Shown here piece by piece: positions 11,097-21,768 of a stretch of 32,000 bases of DNA; position 1 is the stretch's first letter, and every line of letters starts with the position of its first letter. A program made the translations under genes and the position numbers. The stretch lies in contig NC_006055.1 of the NCBI RefSeq assembly GCF_000008305.1, positions 600,001-632,000 of the forward strand, read 5' to 3'. The notes below the pieces were generated by a model. That model saw only the letters and a program-made list of their open reading frames with translations, was not told where the DNA came from and did not search any database. The stretch is from Mesoplasma florum L1 (GTDB taxonomy: Bacteria; Bacillota_I; Bacilli_A; Mycoplasmatales; Mycoplasmataceae).

Positions 11097-12818
11097 TTAT
11101 TTAGTTGCTAAGAATGCATCAACTAATTCAATAACTTCAGGAGTATCATCTGAAGATAATGCTTTGTTAGCTAATTCTTCTGCTTCAGCCATAGTAATTT
11201 TACTCATTAAAGCTCTTGCTCTTAACATTGAAGTTGCACTCATTGAAAATGCATCTAATCCCATTCCTAAAAGTAATGGTAAAGCTTGAATATCTCCAGC
11301 CATTTCTCCACACATACCAACTCATTTATTATTTTTGTGTGCACCTTTAATTGTTAAATCAATTAATTTTAATATTGCTGGATTTAAAGGTTGGTAAAGA
11401 TATGAAACATTTTCGCTCATACGGTCAGCAGCCATTGAATATTGAATTAAATCATTTGTTCCGATTGAGAAGAAATCAGCATATTTACTAAATTTATCTG
11501 CGTTAACAGCAGCGGCAGGAATTTCAACCATCATTCCAACTTGAACATTTTCGTCAAATGCAATATTTTCTTTTCTTAATTCTTCCTTACATTCTTCTAC
11601 GATTGCTTTAGCACGCTTGAATTCATCAACAGTTGCAATCATTGGGAACATAATTCCTAATTCACCATGAGCACTAGCTCTTAATAAAGCTCTTAATTGA
11701 TCTTTAAAAATATCTTTTCTGTCTAATGTAAAACGAACAGCTCTATATCCTAAGAATGGGTTCATTTCATGTGGGAATTCAAAGTATGATAATTTTTTAT
11801 CTCCACCGATATCTAATGTACGGATAACAACTAATTTACCTTTCATTGCATCCATAACTTGTTTGTAAGCTATATATTGTTCTTCTTCAGTTGGGAAGTG
11901 GTCATTGTCCATGTATAAGAATTCTGAACGGAATAATCCAATTCCTTCTCCACCATGTTCAATAACAGATTCAACATCAGTTGGAGAACCAATATTTGCT
12001 TCAATTAATTTTTCTTGTCCATCAGCTGTTTTTGAAGGTAAGTCTTTAAATTTTTGTAATTCAGCTTTTAAATCAGAAAATTCTTTTGCTAATTTTTCAT
12101 ATTCTGATTTAATTGTATCTGTTAAATCTAATTCAACAATACCTGTTGTTCCGTTTAATGCAAAAACTTCTCCATTTTTAACATCACTTGTTATTGTTCT
12201 TAAACCTAAAACTGCAGGAATTTCTAAACTTCTTGCCATAATAGCAGCATGAGAAGTTCTTCCACCAATATTAGTTGCAAAACCTTTAACAAATTGTTTA
12301 TTTAATTGAGCAGTTTGTGAAGGTGTTAAATCTTCAGCAACAATAATAACTTCTTCGCTTATTGTTGATAGGTCAACAATAGCAATTCCTAAAATGTGTT
12401 TAATAATTCTTGAAGCTACATCTTTAATGTCTGCACTTCTTTCTTTAAAATATGGATCATCCATTGAGGCAAACATTTCATAAAAGTTATTAGTTACTTG
12501 TTCTGCCGCAAACTCAGCACAAATTGATTCAGATTTAATAACATTTATAATTTCATCTTTAATAGCTGGGTCAGATGCAATTTCTTTATGTGCATCAAAA
12601 ATAGCTGCTTTTTCTGGACCTAATTTTTCAAGTGTAGTAGCTTTTAAATTCTCTAAATCTTCGATTGATTTATTAACTGCATTTTCTAATTTTGAAACTT
12701 CTGCTTCAATATCAGAAACTTTTGTTTTTTTAATTTCTATATGGTCTTCTGCTAGAACTAAAGCTTTTGCTACAGCAATACCTTCACTAGCTCCAATACC
12801 TTTAAATTGTTTACTCAT
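11097..12818 (-). CDS. ptsI: Phosphoenolpyruvate-protein phosphotransferase, PTS Enzyme I (~573 aa)
   Basis: [12 protein letters not shown] phospho-His motif, [42 protein letters not shown]-terminal CGEMAGD; one in-frame TGA=Trp between the two ORFs. Confidence 0.97.
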
Positions 12819-12932
12819 ACTTTTTTCTCCTATGTAAGTTATTTCATAACATATATAATTATAATATTTAATTGCTATTTTTTATATTAAAAATATTAAA
12901 AAATGGAAAATATTATTATATTAAAAATAAAA

Positions 12933-12952
12933 AATGATGGTAAACCATCATT
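12933..12952 (-). terminator. Intrinsic terminator downstream of nadE and the 46-aa gene
   Basis: AATGATGG / CCATCATT stem followed by a T run on the minus strand. Confidence 0.7.
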
Positions 12953-13091
12953 AAATTTCTTTGAAAACAACTGAGTCAACAGGAATATTATTGCCTACAC
13001 AAAAGTCGTAAAGCATTTGATCTAAAACTTGTTGATTGTCAGATTCGGCTGTAAATAAAATTTCAGCACCTCTCATAATTACTTTTTTCAT
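12951..13091 (-). CDS. 46-aa protein of unknown function
   Basis: MKKVIMRGAEILFTAESDNQQVLDQMLYDFCVGNNIPVDSVVFKEI with a clear SD (AAGGAG); immediately downstream of nadE and before a terminator. Confidence 0.6.
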   Translation of the reverse strand: MKKVIMRGAEILFTAESDNQQVLDQMLYDFCVGNNIPVDSVVFKEI

Positions 13092-13109
13092 GTTAATTTC
13101 TCCTTGTAT

Positions 13110-13844
13110 TTATTTTCTTTTAAATTCTTTTGGTGCAACAGCACCATTTCTTTTATGTTCACTAATTTTATGTAAATGATCAACTCTTGATTTTACATTT
13201 TCATCATTAATTTCACCAGCTAAATAAGCATCTATTTGATCATAAGTAATACCTAACTCACTCTCATCAGTTTGGTCTTCTCATAAACTTGCTGTTGGTG
13301 CACGATTTATAATTGAAGTTGGTACGCCTAATATTCTCGCTGCTTCTCTAACTTCTCTTTTTAATAAATGTACTAATGGAACCATATCAACTCCACCATC
13401 ACCGAATTTAGTAAAGTAACCAATATGTCACTCATCAAGATTGTCAGTTCCCAGAACTAAATATGAATTTGTTTGAGCAACAGTATAAAGTGTTGTCATT
13501 CTTAAACGTGCTTTTGCATTTGCAATAGCCAATTTATGTTCAGGTGTTGTTGAATCTTTAATAGCTTTTTTAAAAGATAAAAAAGTTTCTTTTAATTCTA
13601 CATCAATTGCTTTAATACCACATTGATCAATCAACTCTTGTTTACATTTGTAATCTTCATCACTTGATTCAATCGGCATTCAAACAGCAGTGTAATCGTT
13701 AGGAAAGGCCTTTTTAGCTAAACAAGCAACAACTGCAGAATCAATTCCACCACTTATTCCAATAACTACACCTTTTGCATTAGCTTTTTTAACTGTTTCT
13801 TTAATAAATTCAACTAAATAATCTAAATATTCTTTTAATTCCAT
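13110..13844 (-). CDS. nadE: NAD+ synthetase (~244 aa)
   Basis: [25 protein letters not shown]-loop-like motif, [34 protein letters not shown]. Confidence 0.94.
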
Positions 13845-13863
13845 AATATTACTCCTTTACAAA

Positions 13864-15162
13864 TTAATCCATTCACTCAAGTTCATATTCAAATACTTTT
13901 ACAATATCTCCAGCTCCAACTCCACGTTCTCTTAACATGTCATAAACACCAGATTTTTTAAGTTTTTCATTAAATAATAATAAGTTATCATCTGTTGTAA
14001 TTGGGAACTTTTGATAAATTTTGTAAATTGTATCTCCGGCAACTTCTCATCTACCATTACCTTTATTAATTATTTGAATATCTTCTTCGTCTTCTTCTAA
14101 TCTATAAACTTTGATACCTTCATAAATATCTTGTTCCATTTCTCATAGTGGAACATATTTAGCAGTTTCAAGTTCTTTTGCGATTTTTAATAATAATTCA
14201 TCAACATTATCTTTTAATAATCCTGATACAAAAACAACTTTTTTATCTTTGAAATATTTTTTTATGTCTTCTTCCATCATATTTAATTGTGCTTCATCTG
14301 TATCCATTTTATTAGCAACAATTATTTCTGGTCTTTCATCCAGTTTATAATTATATTTTACTAATTCACTTCTTATTAATTCATAGTTTTTGATTACATC
14401 TTCTTGACCATAATTTCCACTCATATCTAAAACATGGCATATAACTCTACATCTTTCAATATGTTTTAAAAATTGATGACCTAATCCTTTTCCTAAACTA
14501 GCTCCTTCAATTAAACCTGGTAAATCTGCAACAACAAATGTTGAACCATCTTTAGCTCTTGAAACTCCTAATTGAGGATTTAAAGTTGTAAAAGCATAGT
14601 CAGCAACTTCAGGTTTTGAATTTGAAATTGCTCTAAGTAAAGTTGATTTACCAGCATTGGGCAATCCAACAAAACCTACATCAGCTAAAACTTTTAATTC
14701 AGCTTTAACTTCATAAAATTGTCCTATTTCACCAGCTTCAAATATGGTTGGAGCTTTATTTCTTGAGTTTGCAAATCTTGCGTTCCCTTTTCCACCTTTT
14801 CCACCTTTAGCAACTAAGACTTGTTTTTTATCTTCATCCATGTCAGCTAAAATTGTTCCAGTTTTATTTTCTATAATCAATGTACCCACGGGAACTCGAA
14901 CGATAAGATCTTTACCTTGAGCACCATGCATATTTTTTATATCACCTTTAAATCCATCTTGTGCACTAAGTTGTTTTTGAAGTTTTAAATCTAAAAGAGA
15001 ATGTTTTCCACCATCAGCTTCAAATATTACACTTCCACCATTTCCACCATCTCCACCGTTTGGACCACCATTAGGTACGAAAAGCGCAGTATGAAAACTA
15101 ACTGCTCCATTCCCTCCATTACCGGCTTTAATAGTAAACTTAGCTGTATCAATAAATTTCAT
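13864..15162 (-). CDS. obgE: Obg/CgtA GTPase (~432 aa)
   Basis: MKFIDTAKFTIKAGNGGNGAVSFHTALFVPNGGPNGGDGGNGGSVIFEAD (Obg fold), GLPNAGKSTLL, DLPGLIEGAS, ANKMD. Confidence 0.97.
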
Positions 15163-15187
15163 ATTTTCCAGCTCCTTTCTTTCTACT

Positions 15188-15496
15188 TTATCAAATCATT
15201 TGATTTCAACATTCATCACATAAGAATGTTGGTTCTTGATTATCAAAATTAATATCCTCGAATTTTTGTCATTCTTGGATAGGTTTTTCAACTAATTTTT
15301 CAACTTCACTATCTGTTAGGTTTTTTCCTTGTTCTTTAATTAAACTCCCAATTGGTTTTGGATGATCTTTCAAAACAAAACTAATTTGTGGTTCATAGCA
15401 AAGAGAACATCCAATACCAAAAGCTTGTATCATTACATCATTAAAATCATTAAACTCGACATAATTATCTTTATTAAAGTTTATCTTATTGTTCAT
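15188..15496 (-). CDS. Hypothetical 102-aa protein with two CxxC motifs
   Basis: MNNKINFNKDNYVEF...GCSLCYEPQ...FLCDECWNQMIW; TGA=Trp frame ends at TAA 15188. Confidence 0.75.
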
Positions 15497-16223
15497 AACC
15501 TTTAATCTCCTTTAATATTTCATGAGCTTTATCTTCATCAAAATTAAATCATTGTTTAATATAAGACATTTCTTTTTTTTCTTCTAACATTTCTATAGCA
15601 ATTAAAATAAATGCAGCAGCTTTTTCATTTAAGAATGAGTTATTAAATTTGTCTAAATTATTTAAATAAAAATTTATATTCAACATTTTAGCATCATGTG
15701 CTATTCCTGGGTTTTCATTTTCTATACTTTTAGAAATAACTTCATCTATTTCAGTTATAAATTTAAAATTATTTTCAAAATCTATTTCAATTGGATTTCA
15801 AGATTGTTGGACACCACTATATAAAACATCAAAACTTTTATTTATTTCTTGTTCTTTTAAAGTAAATAAGATCAAAGTTTTAATTGAGTTATCAATTTTT
15901 TCTAAAGTAAGTAATTCAGAAACGTCATTTAACTTATCTCTTAAATTAATTTTGTTTAAAAAATTAATACCAAATGCTTGTTGTTCTCTATCACTTGATT
16001 TAAGTAATTGCAAAATATATTCAGCATTTAAATTATTATTACTATTTGCTTTTTTTGAAATTTGCTCAAAAATCTGAGTTTTAAACTCCAAAAGTTGTTC
16101 TTCAATATCTGAAGGTACATATGGCATTGATAATTCTTGATTTATTTTTAATAAAGCAGTTTCAAAATCGTTTTTCAGAACAAGTTCTTTTAATTCGATA
16201 ATTAGTTCATCATAAAAATTCAT
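15486..16223 (-). CDS. Hypothetical 245-aa protein, predicted helical
   Basis: MNFYDELIIELKELVLKNDFETALLKINQELSMPYVPSDIEEQLLEFKTQIFEQISKK... Continues through TGA=Trp to TAA 15486, overlapping the next gene start by 11 bp. Confidence 0.78.
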
Positions 16224-16279
16224 AAAACCTCTTTCTATTAAAAAATCATGCCTTTTATAGCATGATTGATGTTTTCGAG

Positions 16280-16356
16280 TGGTGCCCACGAGAAGGCTCG
16301 AACTTCCGACCTCACGCTTAGAAGGCGCGTGCTCTATCCAACTGAGCTACATGGGC
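16280..16356 (-). tRNA. tRNA-Arg, anticodon UCU
   Basis: GCCCATGTAGCTCAGTTGGATAGAGCACGCGCCTTCTAAGCGTGAGGTCGGAAGTTCGAGCCTTCTCGTGGGCACCA folds as a cloverleaf (acceptor GCCCATG/CGTGGGC, anticodon loop CTTCTAA) with encoded CCA. Confidence 0.96.
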
Positions 16357-16439
16357 AATTAATAATTACATATATAAATATATCATAAATATTAATCTAA
16401 TGAAAAATAATTTCATAAATTTTTATTATTAAATAAAAA

Positions 16440-16460
16440 AACTACTGTAAATAAGTAGTT
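16440..16460 (-). terminator. Intrinsic terminator downstream of the DEAD-box helicase gene
   Basis: AACTACT / AGTAGTT stem followed by TTTTATTT on the minus strand. Confidence 0.7.
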
Positions 16461-16475
16461 GTTTTATTTAAATTA

Positions 16476-18476
16476 TTATCATTTATTTTTTGGTTTTCTT
16501 GAAGAACTATTTGAAGAAGAATTTCTTCTGTTACGTGTTCCTGATCCCTTGTTTTCTCTTGGACCTGAATGAACTCATTCTCCACGACCAGAACTTCTTC
16601 TGTTTCTTCTTTCGTCTCTTTCATTATTTGAATTAAACCCGTCTTTTTTATTAAATGAATCTGGTCTTTTTTCTTTTCCTGTAACTCTTTCTCAACGGCC
16701 TGAATCTTGTTTAGAATAATCAGTTTTAACATCTCATGAAGAATGTCTAGTACCTTCAAATTTTTTATTATCTCTTTCTTGACCATCTGTTCTTCTGTCA
16801 TCACGACCACGGTTTGAGTTTCTTCTTTCATCACGACCACGGTTTGAATCTCTTCTGTCATCGCGACCACGACCTGAACTTCTTCTGTCATCACGGCCAC
16901 GGTTTGAACCACTTCTGTCTCCACGACCACGACCTGAACTTCTTCTGTCTCCTCGACCTGAATCTCTTCTGTCATTTCTTTCAAAAACATTTTGATTGCT
17001 ATCTTGATTTTCATTCACTGAATAATCATCAACTAAAGATAAAGCTTTTTTAGCAAATTCTTTTTCTTCTGGTGATAAAGATAGCATTCTTTCTTCTCAT
17101 GATTGAGAAGTTCAAGCGCTACTTCTGCTATCTAGTCTTTCACTTGTTCTTTTTCTTTCGCCATGAGCAAAGTCTCTTCTATCATTGTGTCCAGCATTTC
17201 TTCTGTCATCACGACCACGATTTGAATCTCTTCTTTCATTGCGACCTGAATCTCTTCTATCTCCACGATTTGAATCTCTTCTATCTCCACGACCTGAATC
17301 TCTTCTATCTCCACGTGAACTTCTATTTGAGTTCCCTCTTCCTTCTTGCTTGTCTACTTCACCATATTCAGAAATTTGCATTTCATCAATAATTAAATTA
17401 AAGTTTTTTTCTATTCCTTTTATTTGTCTTAAAACATTTTGATTTTGTACAAAAGTAATTGAATCACCTTTTGTATTATTTCTTCCTGTTCTACCAATTC
17501 TATGAACAAAATGTTCGTCTTCCATTGATACATCATAGTTAATTACGTAGTCAACACCTGTAATATCAATTCCACGAGCAACAACATCAGTTGCAACTAA
17601 AACTGATATTTCATTGTTTCTAAATTTTGCAATAGCTCTTGATCTTTGTGATTGTCTTTTATCACCATTAATAACTATAGCTCTAATTCCTGCTGCTTCT
17701 AAATTATCTGCAATTTTATCTGTATGATTTTTTGTGTTTGAAAACACTATAGCTCTTTTAGGTTTGTGTTTTTTAAATACTTTAACAATTAAATCTTCTT
17801 TGCTAAAACCTTTTGTGAAAATAAAAGTATTTGTAATATTAGCATTAACTTCTATTTGATTTTCAATTTCAATAACGTCATATTCATTCATATAATCATT
17901 AGCAATTTGCATTACTTTTGGTGATGTTGTAGCTGAAAATAAACCAATTTGAACATCTGGTGAAACTCTTTCAAATAAAGCATCAATTTCGTTTTTAAAT
18001 CCCATTTTTAGCATTTCATCAGCTTCATCTAAAATGATTGTTCTAACATCATCTAATTTTAAGGTTTTTCTATTTAAGTGGTCATTAACCCTTCCTGGAG
18101 TTCCCACAACTATTTGTGAGTCTTTCAGTCTTTTAATTTGATCTCGCATATCAGCTCCACCGATTAATGGTGCTATTACTAGATTTTCTATTCTTGATCC
18201 AAATATTCTAATTTGGTTAACAATTTGCATTGCTAATTCTCTTGTTGGTGCCATTATAACGGCTTGAACTCTTCTTTTGTTTGGTTCTATTTTTTCTAAG
18301 ATTGGTAATACAAATGATGCTGTTTTACCTGTACCAGTGCTTGATTTACCAAAAATGTTTTTTCCTTCTAGGAAAAGTGGTATTGCTCTAGCTTGAATTT
18401 CTGTAGCTTCGTTAAAATTAGCTTTTTCCAGTGCGACTAATACTTTGTCGCTTAATTGTAATTCTTTAAATGTCAT
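16476..18476 (-). CDS. DEAD-box ATP-dependent RNA helicase with long Arg/Gly/Ser/Asp-rich repetitive C-terminal tail (~666 aa)
   Basis: GKSSTGTGKTASF, PTRELAMQ, IILDEADEML, LFSATTS, VLVATDVVARGID, HRIGRTGR. Frame continues through TGA=Trp codons to TAA 16476; tail repeats of RRDSNRGRD/ERR type. Confidence 0.93.
16550..17320 (-). repeat. Degenerate coding repeats for the Arg-rich tail of the helicase
   Basis: Recurrent 'cttcttctgtc(a)tcacgaccacggtttgaat' and 'tctcttctatctccacgacctgaa' units on the plus strand. Confidence 0.85.
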
Positions 18477-18590
18477 TTTCTATCCTTTTTCTATACTCAG
18501 GATCAAAAAATTAGCATTTTAAATCACAAGTCATTTATATATTATAGCACAGTTGCTTGTAATTAAAGAAATTAAAATTTTTATTATAAA

Positions 18591-18610
18591 AAGCAACCTA
18601 AAAGTTGCTT
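18591..18610 (-). terminator. Intrinsic terminator of the second sugar operon
   Basis: AAGCAAC / GTTGCTT stem followed by a T-rich tract on the minus strand. Confidence 0.7.
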
Positions 18611-18619
18611 AATTATTTA

Positions 18620-20059
18620 TTATTTTAATTTCATTTCTTTAATATCAGATAGTAACATTTCATGTTCTTTATTTAATTGAATTTTATTAAAGTTTTTTAC
18701 AAAAAATCTTGAAGTAAAAATTGTTTCATAATTATCCGCAAATATTTCAATTGATGATGAATCAATAAATATTTCAACTTTTTGATTTTTGAATTTTCTT
18801 AATGCTTTTCTTGGTGTTTCAAAATTTCAATCAACTTTTGCAGTTTGATTTGTTCTATCTAAAATTATTTCTTTATCAGTAAATTTTATTTCTATAAATT
18901 CATTTTTTTCGTTAAGAATTTTAATGTCTAAATTATCGCTTAAATCAAACTCTAAATGTATTGCTTTATTTACACTTAATTCTTTAAATGCTTTTTTAGT
19001 TGTTTTAGTTAAAACATTTTTTTTGAATTCTGAGTAAGGTTTTTGAACTAAAATTTCTTTTGATCAGCTTAGTTCTCTTGGTATTGTTAACATTGAGTGT
19101 CATGAGTATTCATCTGTTGGATATTGAACATCAACCGCACCTAATCAACCTATCATTAAAAGTTTTTTATCAACTCAATAAGTTTGCGGTGCATAAAAAT
19201 CATGTCCGAAATCCATTGTTTTTAAAATTGATTTTTCATTCAATTTATTGTTTTCAAAATCTAATTTATCTATTTGAGTATAAACAACATTTCTTGAGCT
19301 ATTTAGTTCATAAGGATTTTCTTCATTAAATCACCCTTCTGATGATTGCATAAATAGCATTTTTCCTTCTAGATAATCTAAATTAGGGCATTCTCACATG
19401 TATCCATAGGTTTGGTCTAATGATGGTTTTAGTATTCTATCAAAAGTATATTTTTCCATATCATCAGTTTTGTAGAAAACTAACCCACCAAGCATATCAG
19501 CTTTACACTGAGCACCAAAAATCATATATTTGTTATTTTCATATTCAAATATTTTTGGATCTCTTACGTGAGGTGTGAAAAGATTTTTATCGTGCTCTAC
19601 AACAACTCTTTTATTTACAATTTTTTCATCAATGAAGTCTGCTTTGATTTGCACTTCTTCAATCATTTCGCCATTTTCTTCAATATTACCTGTGTAGTAA
19701 ATTTTTACTCCGTCTTTTTCTTTAAATGCTGATCCAGAAAATGCTCCTGTTCTTTCGAATTCTTCTGTTGGTATTACTGATACACCTAAATCATCATAAT
19801 TAACAAAATCTTTAGTTTTAACTAAACGTCAATGTTTCATCCCATGATATGGTTGAAGTGGTGATCATTGATAATGAATATAATGTTCTCCATCTATATA
19901 AACTAATCCATTTGGATCATTCAATAATCCATTTGGAGGTGCTATATGATATGTTGGTCTATAATATTTATCACTTGCTACTAATTCATTTGCTTTTTTA
20001 ATATCATCTTGATTATGTTCTGTTATTAAATTTAATATTGTTTCTTTATTTAATTTCAT
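18620..20059 (-). CDS. Glycoside hydrolase family 32 enzyme, sucrose-6-phosphate hydrolase-like, copy 2 (~479 aa)
   Basis: YRPTYHIAPPNGLLNDPNGLVYIDGEHYIHYQWSPLQPYHGMKHW (GH32 NDPNG block), HVRDPKIFEYENNKYMIFGAQ, and YMWECPNL-type block in the TGA=Trp translation. Confidence 0.88.
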
Positions 20060-20060
20060 G

Positions 20061-21593
20061 TTAATTCACCGAAAAATCTCTTTCTAAAACTTTTGCATTC
20101 ATTTCTTTGAAAACTTTAATTTTTGATAAACCAATTGTTGCAAAGAAAGTTGTTATAAATGTTGCCACAATAGCTATTGCCATTCATAAGTATGGCCCAC
20201 CAGCTATTGTGTGTATGTTAAATTTATCTAATATTTCAGGTTTAGTTGTAATTGATAAAAATACTAACAATGAAGCATTACCATTTGTACAAATCACTCC
20301 AGCGAATGTTGTTATTATAATACCAACAGTTGCACCAATACTTGCTGCAATAACTGGATAAACAAATTTTAATCCTACACCAAATAATGCTGGTTCAGTC
20401 GATCCACTTACATATGCTAATGAATATGAAGGTATTGCTGTTCTTTTTAATTCTTTATTATGTCTATTTATAATTGTTACAGCTAAGATTGAAGTTGCTA
20501 CTGCAATATTTAATTGTGTAAACATCGGCATCATTGTTGTTCCACCAAATGTAGTAAACTGTTGTAAGTTAATAACTACCAAAACTTGAATTAATCCGGT
20601 AATAACTAACCAAGGTAAGGCTAATCCTAAAATTGGATTAAATATATATTTAGCAACATTATCTGTAGTTGCTCAAACCACACCTTCATTCATTCCATAT
20701 GTTAATAATAAGCCTAATGGACCTACCAATAAAATACCAATAAAGAATGTAGAAATTGTAATCATTGGTATTGCAACCATTTCTTTAAATACAGGTATAT
20801 CAAATTTGTTTGCAAATCTTTCAATATAGACTGCAATAAAACTCATCGCAACTATAGGAAGTATTTGACCAACATATGATATTTTTCAAGGATATCCTGA
20901 TTCAAGGAATGATGCATCTCCAAATCATTTAAATATGCCACCATATTCTCCACTCATAATGTCATTTGTGCTTATCAAACCATGAAAACATAATACAATA
21001 CCAATTGATATACCAATTGCTTGACTACCTTTCATAAGTTTAAAAATTGATCAAGGAATCATTATTGAGAAAGCTAAGTTTAATGCTTTTTGTAAAATAT
21101 CAAACATTTCCCCAACTGCTTTTGCAAATTGACCAGTTTCTGATAAAGTTCCTGATCCAAAATCTATACCATTAAATACATTTGATAATGTAGCTACTAT
21201 GGCCATTGTTATCAAAAGAGGTATAAGAGGTTTTACAATAACAGAAATTCCATCAGTTACTACTTTAAAAAAGTTCCCCTCTTTATTAACTCTTACTTCA
21301 AAATCGTTAGGAATCTCTTCATATGAAATTTTTAGCGATTTTAATAAATTTAAGAAAACTTCATCAATATTCTCGTTAACAATCAATTGAACAAAGTCAT
21401 CTTTTAATAATGTTTTAACAAAAATTTTAGAACCTTCAAGTTTATTCAAATTTAATTTTGTTATGTCAATAACTTTGATTCTGATTCTTGTTGAACATCT
21501 ATTAATTAACTCGATGTTTTTTATTCCACCGACAGCTTCTCTTACTTTTTTACATTCGTCGTAAAAGTGGCTGTTTATTTTTGCATGTTTCAT
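20061..21593 (-). CDS. PTS sugar transporter EIIBC, copy 2 (~510 aa)
   Basis: EIIB-like INRCSTRIRIKVIDITKLNLNKLEGSKIF...VQLIVNENIDEVF; EIIC-like STEPALFGVGLKFVYPVIAA. Stop codon precedes the GH32 start. Confidence 0.83.
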
Positions 21594-21654
21594 TTTTTCA
21601 CCTTTCAAATAATAATAATTTCTATTTCTTTTCAACATTTTAGAAATTATTCTA

Positions 21655-21720
21655 AACTTATTATAAGTCTAACTTATCCTACAATAAGTTGTTAAAAGTA
21701 AAAACCTATAATTATAAGTT
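21655..21720 (-). promoter_or_regulatory. Candidate operator cluster upstream of the second PTS operon
   Basis: Five copies of the heptamer ATAAGTT/AACTTAT, one of them 6/7, including AACTTAT-CCTACA-ATAAGTT (21671-21690) and ACTTAT-T-ATAAGT (21656-21668). Confidence 0.45.
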
Positions 21721-21740
21721 GGATAAAATGCAAACAAAAA

Positions 21741-21759
21741 AAGTGGCTAATAACCACTT
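21741..21759 (-). terminator. Intrinsic terminator downstream of nrdE
   Basis: AAGTGG / CCACTT stem, 7-nt loop, followed by T7 on the minus strand. Confidence 0.75.
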
Positions 21760-21768
21760 AGTTTTTTA

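Noticed and set aside
16442-17014. Minus-strand ORF 'MKIKIAIKMFLKEMTEEIQVEETEEVQVVVVETEVVQT...' (190 aa)
   Set aside because: Out-of-frame shadow of the Arg-rich repeats in the helicase tail; the true frame runs 16476..18476.
16550-17320. Regularly repeated units considered as a CRISPR array or mobile element
   Set aside because: Units are coding, degenerate, multiples of 3, contiguous without unique spacers, and in frame with the helicase.
16814-17442. Plus-strand ORFs with His/Leu/Pro-rich repeats (16814..17053, 17072..17392, 17185..17442)
   Set aside because: Antisense reflections of the helicase coding repeats; no SD and no recognisable protein features.
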